In this document: one piece after another, positions 1 to 7,897 of the stretch | How positions within the stretch are numbered: position 1 is the first letter of the stretch | Layout: each line of letters begins with the position of its first letter | From: a virus | Taxonomy: Duplodnaviria > Caudoviricetes | Strand: one strand, 5' to 3' | Virus record (IMG/VR): IMGVR_UViG_3300036783_000240 | Coordinates: 1-28,868 of that record | Length of the DNA stretch: 28,868 nucleotides | Position numbers and translations under genes: made by a program | The notes under the pieces: model-generated | The model's database searches: none | What the model was told of the DNA's origin: nothing | The model's input: the letters and a program-made list of their open reading frames with translations, nothing else

Positions 1-705
1 TACCGGAGTTCCAACAACTGGTGATCCATCCGCGACAAGATTTTGCTTTATAACCGGAAATTTTGAACGCATTAACGCTTCTTGGGCTTCAAGAGTTTTC
101 TGGACATTGAAGATTTCATGTTCCTCGATAGAAGCAAATCCAGCTTTCTCCGCTTCCCGTTGCCTACGTCCTATCTCACCTTCTTTAGCATCACGTTCTT
201 TTTGTGCTTTCTTTTCTTTAGCCCGATCCAAAGGGATCATAGCTAACTTTTTAGTACCACCCTGTTCCTTTATCCAATCGAATGTCTGATCGACACTCAT
301 ATTGTATCCGATAGGCTCCATGTCTATCATCGCGTCTAAGCTATTAGCAATCTCGGAGCGTACACGTTTTGCATCAGCCTTAAGTTCATTAGGAACACTA
401 AAGTCTAGCTTATTAAGAGTCCAGTTCAAAAGACGAAAACCAAAAGTACTACCTTTAGCCTCATTGATTAACTTATGGAAGCCAAGCTCGATACTCTCTC
501 GCTTGGCTGTCTGCAAGGCACAATACAATATGGCCGTAGTTTTGTTAGCCCCGCGATTTGTATGGATAAGACCAAGTTCGATATCGTCCTTAAGTACTCT
601 ATCAAGCCCCTGCAACTGGTCAGCAAGGACGGACCAAGACAATGGATTGTTAGAGGGGCGTTCACTAAAAGCGTCACGAAATTTATTATAATCACCGTCA
701 GGCAT
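1..705 (-). CDS. hypothetical phage protein, 3'-truncated by the window edge (MPDGDYNKFRDAFSERP...)
   Basis: Not in the ORF track because it runs off the window. ATG at 705 with AGGAG upstream; frame open to position 1; charged helical C-terminal part. Confidence 0.75.
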   Translation of the reverse strand, partial: MPDGDYNKFRDAFSERPSNNPLSWSVLADQLQGLDRVLKDDIELGLIHTNRGANKTTAILYCALQTAKRESIELGFHKLINEAKGSTFGFRLLNWTLNKLDFSVPNELKADAKRVRSEIANSLDAMIDMEPIGYNMSVDQTFDWIKEQGGTKKLAMIPLDRAKEKKAQKERDAKEGEIGRRQREAEKAGFASIEEHEIFNVQKTLEAQEALMRSKFPVIKQNLVADGSPVVGTPV

Positions 706-724
706 ACCTAAACTCCTTTTCTTG

Positions 725-762
725 GACGTATCAATATAGACAATCAAAGAGAGATACGTCAA
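725..762 (-). promoter_or_regulatory. sigma70-like promoter TTGACG-N18-TATATT overlapped by the inverted repeat GACGTATC/GATACGTC
   Basis: -35 at 757-762 and -10 at 733-738 on the minus strand; 8-bp inverted repeat at 725-732 and 753-760, a possible operator. Confidence 0.55.
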
Positions 763-772
763 TCGATAAACT

Positions 773-1141
773 TCATGGCGTCCTCCAATTGTGTGGTATA
801 CGTTTGATCGCACGAATGGTTTTTGTCTTGCAATAGTAATGATAGATTTCGAGTGGGTCTTGTGTTTCGATCCACTGCTTAGCTTCATCGAATGTGGTGA
901 AGGGCTCATCATCCAACCATTTGTCGGACGAAACGCGTTGACCCGGTATCCAGAATGTGGTAGATGTTCGCCGCGTGTCATAGGTACTGCGTTGGATATA
1001 GCAGTGCATCGCAGGGTGCCTACCGTTCCAGAAGTCCTTACCGTGACGGTTCACATCAGGCGACCAGTACCAATCTGACATTTGTAGTGCTCGCTGATTG
1101 ACATAGATGCGGAAGGAGGAGCTTAGCAGACCCTTCCGCAT
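773..1141 (-). CDS. hypothetical protein (true start possibly ATG 1081, MSDWYWSPD...)
   Basis: ORF track; same orientation as its neighbours; Trp/Tyr-rich, phage-like. Confidence 0.6.
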   Translation of the reverse strand: MRKGLLSSSFRIYVNQRALQMSDWYWSPDVNRHGKDFWNGRHPAMHCYIQRSTYDTRRTSTTFWIPGQRVSSDKWLDDEPFTTFDEAKQWIETQDPLEIYHYYCKTKTIRAIKRIPHNWRTP

Positions 1142-1146
1142 CGGTA

Positions 1147-1182
1147 AATAGGGGTAATAAGGACGAGCGCCCTTATTACCTC
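1147..1182 (-). terminator. intrinsic terminator-like hairpin
   Basis: GGTAATAAGG/CCTTATTACC stem directly after the stop of the ParB-like gene, followed by TATTT on the minus strand. Confidence 0.55.
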
Positions 1183-1183
1183 G

Positions 1184-2275
1184 CTACTGGATGCCGTTTG
1201 TGTGTAGCGATACGATATTGCTATCGGGGGTTTGTACTGGAGTATCGTCCCCGTTAGCAGCTTCGGATTGCCCATGCTGTAGCTTGCCGGCGATCTTGGT
1301 GAGATAGCTTTGAACCCGTTCGATGACTGGCGGCCCCAGCTTACTGAAATGGACTACACACGCTTCAAGAGACTTGATATCGATAATATCCATGTTGTCG
1401 GCTAGCGGAGCCTCACGATTGAACTCAGCCAGGAGTCCGATAGCCTTGATGAAGCTCGCCGCCAATTTACGCTCGGCATGTTTATCGGGAGTGAAAAGTT
1501 GAACCCGTCCGTAAATCTCCCGGTGAACAACATCACGAGTCCAACCCGGCGGATAGTCGGGATGCTGCTCTGCTCCGTGCTCGCGGGAACCCATACCGCG
1601 TTCTTCACGGGATAAGGTATCAAACGGTTGAAGGTTCTCTTTCCGACGTTCTGCTTGTTTGTCGAGTATGATTTTGGTGGTTGTTAACTCACCGGCTTCC
1701 TTCATACGACGCTTGTACCCCGATACACTGCCTTTTGAGACACCATGCTTGTCGGCGAGTTGTTGGAGATTGGCGTTGGGATTGCGTTTGAGTGCTGCAA
1801 TAACAGCCTCTTTCTTGTCCGGGATCACCTTATTACTGGCGGGGCGCAATTTGCCGTCCCGCCCTTTAGTCTTACGGTCAACTGTTTGCTCTTGGACAGT
1901 TGACCGATGCTTTATTACAGTAGTAGGCGCAACACCTGTCATCTCGGCGATTGCCCGATTGCTGGCATCGGGATTACGCTTCGCAATCTCCTTGATGATT
2001 TCGCCTTGTTCGTCATCACTCAAATGGCGGCGAACAAAGTTCATCGAGATGACATAGGAGAAGATGTCAACGTTGGGATCGAGATGTTTGTAGCGCTGTG
2101 CGACACCAGTTTCGCTACAGGCGCGGTCGCGGTTTCGACCATCAACCAGAAATTCACCAGTGTGGTCGAGTACAATTTCTTCACGAAGACCAAACTCCGC
2201 AATGTTCTTTTTAAGCTGCTCATATTCGGAATCATTCATCAACCGAAACAGCATAGCATCGGGATGTACTTGCAT
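1184..2275 (-). CDS. ParB/Srx-like N-terminal domain protein with HTH motifs
   Basis: MQVHPDAMLFRLMNDSEYEQLKKNIAEFGLREEIVLD...LVDGRNRDRAC...SMNFVRRHL is the ParB N-terminal signature; HTH-like SNRAIAEMTGVAPTTV and LQQLADKHGVSKGSV; start moved to ATG 2275 (AGGA upstream). Confidence 0.85.
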   Translation of the reverse strand: MQVHPDAMLFRLMNDSEYEQLKKNIAEFGLREEIVLDHTGEFLVDGRNRDRACSETGVAQRYKHLDPNVDIFSYVISMNFVRRHLSDDEQGEIIKEIAKRNPDASNRAIAEMTGVAPTTVIKHRSTVQEQTVDRKTKGRDGKLRPASNKVIPDKKEAVIAALKRNPNANLQQLADKHGVSKGSVSGYKRRMKEAGELTTTKIILDKQAERRKENLQPFDTLSREERGMGSREHGAEQHPDYPPGWTRDVVHREIYGRVQLFTPDKHAERKLAASFIKAIGLLAEFNREAPLADNMDIIDIKSLEACVVHFSKLGPPVIERVQSYLTKIAGKLQHGQSEAANGDDTPVQTPDSNIVSLHTNGIQ

Positions 2276-2292
2276 TGCTTTGTTTCCTGGGA

Positions 2293-2328
2293 AAAGAGGA
2301 GGAGGGGTGAACCCCCTCCTCCCTTTAG
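2293..2328 (-). terminator. intrinsic terminator-like hairpin
   Basis: GGAGGAGGGG/CCCCTCCTCC stem followed by TCTTTT on the minus strand, between the two ParB-fold genes. Confidence 0.6.
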
Positions 2329-2342
2329 TTGGTACCGAAGCG

Positions 2343-3389
2343 TTACTCAGCAGCCTGAGCAGTCCCGGTAACTTCAATCACGGGGAAGCTGTCATCCATC
2401 CGGGGATCGAGACGCTTCACTACCGTGTTGGTGCGCCAGAAGTTGAAGGCACGCATCGATAGTGCCAGGATTTTTACATCCGTCAACTTCTGCCTCGCCT
2501 TGGCACTGCTAGGTGCCGCGAGCTTAGCAGCTTCATGCTGGTCAAGCCGCTGTTGCAGTATCGCTACCGGATGGGTCAGCGGCAAATCGGCCTGCGTCAG
2601 CAGTTGCATGAAGTCTTCCAGCACACCCAAACCGTATGCCTGATTGATCTTCCACGCGAGGAAGGAGGCAACGGAGGTATCATCCAACCGCTTAATAGCG
2701 GCAGGATACAAATCCCTGACGAGATGAGCCGTCTCGCCAAGGGTCGGATTAGCCTGAGCATAGTCGAGAATATCGACGTTATTGATTGGCATAACGGGGA
2801 GCCGGCCAGAGAAGACCAACGCATCCTCGTCATAGCGAATCGCAAACTTCTTAATTACCGACTGCAAGTGTTTGCTCATGCCATTGACACCGGCAATTTC
2901 CAGCGTATCTTCACCGTTACGAGATACGCCATTGTCGATGTAAGCAAACAGGTAATCGTCATGAGGTACATCGGCGACGATGTACGAATCAAACGAGCAC
3001 CCGGAGAAGTAACAGGCGAAGAGCCTGTGGCCGGCATCTTCAACATCATCGTTGACCGTGATGATGATGGGTTCGCCGGTCTTCTTCCACCGCTTGTTTG
3101 CCATCTGCGTGCCATAACGCAGAACATCGGCCCACCGCAATTTACGGTTCCGGCGATTGCAGATCAACATCTGCTCTGCCATTTGCGGAGTGACCGTATA
3201 CCAGCCGTTGTTCAATCCCAGCTTGGGACGCGGCTGCTTCTCGGCCCACTGGCGGAACCTTTCAACGGACTGTTGAAAGGCATGTTGTCCCGCGCGAAGA
3301 TCACAACGAATGGCGGGGGTCCATCCCCCGTCAGGGGACTTCTCGAAGACCTCCCCAATAGGGGTATCTAACGAGGCCGTCATACTCAT
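2343..3389 (-). CDS. phage ParB-like (DGQHR-type) domain protein, divergent
   Basis: VTPQMAEQMLICNRRNRKL...RYGTQMANKRWKKTGEPII...DAGHRLFAC...IDNGVSR resembles the phage ParB-like family with D-G-Q-H-R-L, here DAGHRL; AAGGA upstream. Confidence 0.7.
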   Translation of the reverse strand: MSMTASLDTPIGEVFEKSPDGGWTPAIRCDLRAGQHAFQQSVERFRQWAEKQPRPKLGLNNGWYTVTPQMAEQMLICNRRNRKLRWADVLRYGTQMANKRWKKTGEPIIITVNDDVEDAGHRLFACYFSGCSFDSYIVADVPHDDYLFAYIDNGVSRNGEDTLEIAGVNGMSKHLQSVIKKFAIRYDEDALVFSGRLPVMPINNVDILDYAQANPTLGETAHLVRDLYPAAIKRLDDTSVASFLAWKINQAYGLGVLEDFMQLLTQADLPLTHPVAILQQRLDQHEAAKLAAPSSAKARQKLTDVKILALSMRAFNFWRTNTVVKRLDPRMDDSFPVIEVTGTAQAAE

Positions 3390-3516
3390 AGCTCGTTCCT
3401 TTCCAATGCGAGAGTGCCGGGTTTACAATAAACCTCTGACCGTCGCATCATGGGTGTATCGGGAAGGAACGGGTCTTGTCAACCCATAAAAATGGCGGCA
3501 CTTTCGTTTGCTATTA

Positions 3517-3554
3517 GTACGCGCGCGCGTGCATTCACACAGGCGCGCGCGTAC
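3517..3554. repeat. 12-bp inverted repeat GTACGCGCGCGC/GCGCGCGCGTAC
   Basis: Arms at 3517-3528 and 3543-3554, right after the stop at 3559; probable terminator or stabilising stem. Confidence 0.55.
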
Positions 3555-3558
3555 CTTA

Positions 3559-4354
3559 TTAGGCCGGGATCAATTCCGCGGTCTTCGCAGCGGCAGTGAT
3601 TCGTTTCAGAACCGCACGCAATACGCGCGCGCTCTTTTCATTATGCGGGATCATGCCTAGCAGAGTCTCGATCAAGTCCTTTTCCGGTGCGGACCAATCG
3701 AGCCCAGACTGTACAGTATGATCCCCTAGTATCGCAGCGGCAACTTCCGCTGCTTTCTTGGGATGGCTCGACTCCAGCTTCTCGGCAATTTGCACCGGAG
3801 TTTCGTTGTCCCAGTCACCGGACTCATCAACCAGATTCTTGATCCGCTGGCGCGCCCAGTCTAGAGAGTTCTCATCCTGCTTCTGCTTTTGGTCCTTCTT
3901 TTTACCGCGCCGCTTGGGCTTAGCATCGGGATCGATAAAATCGGCGTCCTTAGCCCAATGCTTGAATACTGTCTCCGGGTAACTAAACCGGGACTGCTCT
4001 ACCAGACTCTTTCTGCTGCGCCATACACGAATCGGCTCTTCGTGTTCTAGGCACTTGAACAAATAGGACCGGACAACCTTATCGGATGCCGGCGAATCAC
4101 TCAGCTTCAATTTCGGATGCTGCTTCAACCAGTCACTATAGACTTTGGAGAAACCGCCGCCTTCTTCTCCGCGTGTGACATCATCCAAGACATTGGCAGC
4201 ACGTAGGCAAGCTTGCCTACCGGCTTCTAATGCTCGCGCGATGTCCATCCAATGATCGAAAGTGCGTTTTAGAATTTCAACCGCCCTTTCGCCAGTACGA
4301 ATTCGTTTTGACCTCATCCTCTGTCTCGGGGATTTGGTCCTTACCTTTAGCCAT
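3559..4354 (-). CDS. hypothetical phage protein, apparently frameshifted near its 5' end
   Basis: The main frame is 3559-4317. The ATG with a good RBS (GGAG) is at 4354 in another frame that stops at 4277. Removing one base of the A4 run (4306-4309) joins the two frames. Confidence 0.65.
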
Positions 4355-4437
4355 TGTATCTTACTCCGTTCTAGGGTTCTCCTGCGGGTCTAGGGTTAAG
4401 TCAGCTTAACCCTAGCGGGGTTGCACATAGACCTATA

Positions 4438-4466
4438 AAGGTAGGGTCTGCTGGCCCCGATGTCAA
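4438..4466 (-). promoter_or_regulatory. sigma70-like promoter TTGACA-N17-TACCTT
   Basis: Consensus -35 (4461-4466), 17-nt spacer, upstream of ATG 4354; a hairpin CTAGGGTTAAG/CTTAACCCTAG lies in the leader. Confidence 0.55.
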
Positions 4467-4520
4467 GCACTATTATCGATCATAGTAATACATAATTACT
4501 TTGTACAATAGAGTGGTAAT

Positions 4521-4553
4521 AAAAGGGGCGAGGTATTAACCAAGCCCCTATTT
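4521..4553 (-). terminator. intrinsic terminator
   Basis: AGGGGC...GCCCCT stem followed by TTTATT on the minus strand, just after the stop at 4561. Confidence 0.55.
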
Positions 4554-4560
4554 GGTATTT

Positions 4561-5298
4561 TTATGCCGATGCCTGTTGTTCTGATACCACCACCGTAAGT
4601 GTCGGTTTATCTTTCTTAGTAGTTTGACGCGCCTTCTTTAGATACTCATTGCACAGTTCACGAACTTTTGTCACGGCGTCATTTGTCTCGCTGTCAAACA
4701 ATGGTTCGTCGTTGATCTTGGCTCGCTCAACTTCGGCAATCAAACTGGCCATTTGCGAATAGGCTTCATCTGCTAATGCTCGCCACTTTGCTTTTGGACT
4801 TTCTTCTGGTGGGACAATTATCGGAGGTGTAGCAGGTTCGTCCGGGACAAATTGGGTGTCTTCAACTGGATTGGTGATAGTTTCATCTTCACCAGTCGCT
4901 TCTACTGGTTCCGGTTGCTCTGGCTGGTCATAACGCTTCTTGTAATTGGTGACAATCTTATTGGCTTCTGCCACCGTCATCAGCAGATCGGGATTGTTCT
5001 TCAATCTTTCTTTGAGCAGTTTTGGATAGGGTGTGAATTCACGGTATACTGACCATGATACGCGTGTCCCACGCGGGACAGGCCATGCATGAGACATATC
5101 CCGCATATGTCGTAAAGTAGATAATGAATAGCACAAACCGTTTCTATCGAGTTCTTCTAATGCCTCTTTCAATTTGGCAGTAGAGCCATTGTTGGCACCA
5201 TTCTCGCCAGGAGGTCCACATTCTTTTAATAAAGCATCGCCAATTTCCCATTGCGATGATTCATGACGTAAGCAGGCTTCTACTGTTTGTTCGTACAT
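4561..5298 (-). CDS. LmbU-like DNA-binding domain protein
   Basis: SSQWEIGDAL...YSLSTLRHMRDMSHAWP...VSWSVYRE resembles the LmbU pattern (SxWxxGD...TLR...LSFxxH); start moved to ATG 5298 with a GGAG RBS. Confidence 0.6.
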   Translation of the reverse strand: MYEQTVEACLRHESSQWEIGDALLKECGPPGENGANNGSTAKLKEALEELDRNGLCYSLSTLRHMRDMSHAWPVPRGTRVSWSVYREFTPYPKLLKERLKNNPDLLMTVAEANKIVTNYKKRYDQPEQPEPVEATGEDETITNPVEDTQFVPDEPATPPIIVPPEESPKAKWRALADEAYSQMASLIAEVERAKINDEPLFDSETNDAVTKVRELCNEYLKKARQTTKKDKPTLTVVVSEQQASA

Positions 5299-5326
5299 AA
5301 CAGAACTCCGCAGGCGGGAAGGTGGT

Positions 5327-5355
5327 ATTGTCCTCCCGGAAAAACAGCTTGTCAA
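5327..5355 (-). promoter_or_regulatory. sigma70-like promoter TTGACA-N17-GACAAT
   Basis: -35 at 5350-5355 and -10 at 5327-5332, upstream of ATG 5298. Confidence 0.55.
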
Positions 5356-5386
5356 TTGGAATTAAATCTGGTAGTTTCAAGGGGCT

Positions 5387-5737
5387 ATGATGAAACCCCT
5401 ATACTACAAACTGCTCGGCAAAATTCCAGTCCCCTGCACCAATACATTGGAGTGGGGGGCTTGGTTTGAATCTCATTTTGAGGATCGGGTTGTTGCTAAG
5501 ACCGATATCGGTCCTATGCAAGTCTCGACCGTGTTTGTCGGGTTGGATATGAGTTTCTTTGGTAAAGACCCGCTATTGTTTGAGACAATGGTGTTTAATG
5601 ACGAAGGGGAAGACTTGCTATGTAATCGCTATCATACATGGGGCGAAGCCGAGGCCGGTCATGCCAAGGCAGTGGAATTTGCGGCTGAGCGATTGTATAT
5701 AGCACAGGATGATATTGCCACGGCTATGGATCACTAG
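5387..5737 (+). CDS. conserved phage hypothetical protein
   Basis: The pattern VSTVFVGLD...PLLFETMVF...RYHTWGEAEAGH is one I recognise from uncharacterised phage proteins. Confidence 0.7.
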   Translation: MMKPLYYKLLGKIPVPCTNTLEWGAWFESHFEDRVVAKTDIGPMQVSTVFVGLDMSFFGKDPLLFETMVFNDEGEDLLCNRYHTWGEAEAGHAKAVEFAAERLYIAQDDIATAMDH

Positions 5738-6447
5738 ATTAGACCTTCGTTGCGAAGCCTTGATATTCTTTCTATATTTGTCTCTGATCCATTCACGGCG
5801 GGTTGATTAGACTTCAAGGTTTCTAATCGTTTCAATCTTTCTGATCGTGTCTTCTTTTTAATCTCTGTAAGTTCGGCAGCAAGTTTCTTGGCGGTAGTCT
5901 TTACCTCTACCTCATCAAATGTTTCTGTTTCTGTCTTAGTTTCTATAACGGGGGTTTCCTCAATAGGCTTTCGTATAGATCGACGCCGTACAGTAGTGCG
6001 TTCGCCCCCGTTGTATTTTGGAATGTTAAGCTTGGCTATAAACCTTTGCTCCATCTCATATAATTCCTCCGGTTTATACGCTTTGTATCTGTAACTATCA
6101 AAGACTTTAGCGCCTTCATTAATGTGTTGTAATATTCGTCTATGAATGTAGAGGCTTTTACCAACATACACGCACTCTTCGCCGTCATATAAAAAATAGA
6201 TGCCACTCAAAACGGAGACTGTAAATTTTGGTAGATCACGCGGGATATTCTCTCCCCTTCCAGAGCCAGGAATATGTACGCCGGCCTTAACCTCACCGAT
6301 AGTGCTATGCAACCATTCTTCGGCATCCTTTTTTAGCTTGAATGTTTTTAGGTGCCGTTTGCGATTCTGGTCAAAATAATCACAAACCCATCTGGTCTGA
6401 ATCTCATTATCCGCTCCTGTCCATGTACGTTTTCGTATCGAGGCCAT
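5734..6447 (-). CDS. GIY-YIG nuclease domain protein with an integrase-type N-terminal arm-binding-like domain
   Basis: SGIYFLYDGEECVYVGKS...RRILQH...E is GIY-YIG; MASIRKRTW...WVCDYFDQNRKRHLKTFKLKKDAEEW resembles N-termini of alphaproteobacterial tyrosine integrases. Confidence 0.75.
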   Translation of the reverse strand: MASIRKRTWTGADNEIQTRWVCDYFDQNRKRHLKTFKLKKDAEEWLHSTIGEVKAGVHIPGSGRGENIPRDLPKFTVSVLSGIYFLYDGEECVYVGKSLYIHRRILQHINEGAKVFDSYRYKAYKPEELYEMEQRFIAKLNIPKYNGGERTTVRRRSIRKPIEETPVIETKTETETFDEVEVKTTAKKLAAELTEIKKKTRSERLKRLETLKSNQPAVNGSETNIERISRLRNEGLI

Positions 6448-6448
6448 T

Positions 6449-6688
6449 TTAGGGTAGTCTCTTACTAATGCTGCATTCCAGATATCGGACTATGATCCCG
6501 GCGCGGGTTATCTCTACAAGGTCTTTGGAATACAATAATGCCGTGACTGCCTGATCACATAGGGCTACCTTTTTGTCCCATGTATTGTCTATTGGTGGCA
6601 TCACAAGAACTAGCATAAAACCGATTAATAGGGAGACAGCGATAATTCCTAAGCCACCTCCCGCTAGCTTTGTATAGGTTATGTTCAT
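6449..6688 (-). CDS. small membrane protein
   Basis: One N-terminal hydrophobic helix; overlapping stop/start with its neighbour. Confidence 0.65.
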   Translation of the reverse strand: MNITYTKLAGGGLGIIAVSLLIGFMLVLVMPPIDNTWDKKVALCDQAVTALLYSKDLVEITRAGIIVRYLECSISKRLP

Positions 6689-6972
6689 TGTACCGTCTTT
6701 GGTTTGCGAAGCTGATTCGGGTCTAGTTCATTGGCCAAAGCCGGATCGTTAAACCATCCCGGTATATTAAGGCACATATTACACCGGTCGGTGACAGGAC
6801 CGACAATCACCATAATATGCCGGCCACATTCGATGCAGTCGAATTCATAGGGACGGTTGCTGTAATCGGTCTTCGCGGCACCAACATAGCAGTCATAGCA
6901 CAGCGGTTTATCAAGATACTTCCCAGTGGTCATGACACCGCAGCCACTACAGATTTCCATATAACTACTCAT
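6685..6972 (-). CDS. Cys-rich zinc-finger protein
   Basis: Four CxxC pairs; tightly packed operon. Confidence 0.7.
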   Translation of the reverse strand: MSSYMEICSGCGVMTTGKYLDKPLCYDCYVGAAKTDYSNRPYEFDCIECGRHIMVIVGPVTDRCNMCLNIPGWFNDPALANELDPNQLRKPKTVQ

Positions 6973-7153
6973 CCCGTTTCTCCGGTGGTGTTGGTGGCCG
7001 GATTTCCATGTCGAGGTAGGGACCGCCAGGGATCAAATGGATGTTATACCCGGCACCGCATTTGGAACAGAAGATGTTCTGTGACAGTCCCGCACTCGGC
7101 CCATCATAAAACTGGGTACCGTGACAGTGCAGACATTCGGTGAAGCGGTTCAT
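6965..7153 (-). CDS. small zinc-ribbon protein
   Basis: CLHC...GPSAGLSQNIFCSKC; overlaps its neighbours. Confidence 0.7.
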   Translation of the reverse strand: MNRFTECLHCHGTQFYDGPSAGLSQNIFCSKCGAGYNIHLIPGGPYLDMEIRPPTPPEKRDE

Positions 7154-7491
7154 TCCTCATCCACCACATTGGTTGCCATTTGCAGAAACTCGCCGAGTAA
7201 CACCGCCTGAGCTTCGGTGAGATTTAATTGTATGGTAGGATCGCCACTGAAGCTAGGACTGTTTAACGGAATGTCATCACTGATGATCGGACTGCCATTC
7301 GGTAGGAAGTGACTCTCTGCCTTATGTTTTGGGACGAGCGTAATCTGTAATGTCACCGGGTGGTCACCATTCTCCGGTTTGGTCAGAATACTGACTTCTA
7401 GCTCACCTTTAACATCGGGATTACCGACATCGATTTGGTTGATGCCAACCATCATAAAACTGCAACCGTCACCAAAGTGGGGGATTTTCAT
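7150..7491 (-). CDS. hypothetical protein
   Basis: ORF track; 4-nt stop/start overlaps on both sides; GGAGG upstream. Confidence 0.7.
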   Translation of the reverse strand: MKIPHFGDGCSFMMVGINQIDVGNPDVKGELEVSILTKPENGDHPVTLQITLVPKHKAESHFLPNGSPIISDDIPLNSPSFSGDPTIQLNLTEAQAVLLGEFLQMATNVVDEE

Positions 7492-7766
7492 TTATTCCTC
7501 CGGTCTAGATTGAGAATACCTCTGCGGCAATTCTCGTACAGAAAGTATTCCTTATCATCCAGTAATTCCCGCATCTCTTTATCTGATGATTTGAGGACGG
7601 TCATATCAAGATCATACCTACAGGGTGAGGCACAATTCAAACAGACGGTTAAATCTCCCGGTTTAGGGACAGACTCATCCCCAATTCTAGTTGAAGCAGC
7701 AATCTTAACTCCACACCACGGGCATAGTGATAGCTTATGTTGTACTGTTTTAGAGATGGGGTTCAT
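7488..7766 (-). CDS. zinc-ribbon protein
   Basis: CPWC...PKPGDLTVCLNC; start ATG 7766 overlaps the upstream stop (ATGA). Confidence 0.7.
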   Translation of the reverse strand: MNPISKTVQHKLSLCPWCGVKIAASTRIGDESVPKPGDLTVCLNCASPCRYDLDMTVLKSSDKEMRELLDDKEYFLYENCRRGILNLDRRNK

Positions 7767-7897
7767 ATGTACCATCCTATTATAATACCAATGAGAAAAG
7801 CAGCGGTAAGGATACCGATAAACTTAAGGAAGGAGTTACGGTTTTCCCGGTGTAGTTCTTTACGGAGGGTTTCTATTCTGGAGGTGATGTCATTCAT
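7763..7897 (-). CDS. 44-aa membrane peptide (MNDITSRIETLRKELHRENRNSFLKFIGILTAAFLIGIIIGWYI)
   Basis: Below the ORF-track cutoff; fills the gap between the initiator stop and the next start with overlaps; C-terminal transmembrane helix. Confidence 0.6.
   Translation of the reverse strand: MNDITSRIETLRKELHRENRNSFLKFIGILTAAFLIGIIIGWYI

Noticed and set aside
107-3371. Plus-strand ORFs such as 302-691, 1659-2057, 1907-2371 and 2535-3371
   Set aside because: They are antisense shadows of better-supported minus-strand genes with RBSs and recognisable motifs.
4396-4409. CtrA box
   Set aside because: The spacing is TTAA-N6-TTAA rather than N7, and it is explained by a hairpin stem.
5734-6447. Functional integrase or prophage boundary
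   Set aside because: There is no tyrosine-recombinase catalytic domain, and phage genes continue on both sides.
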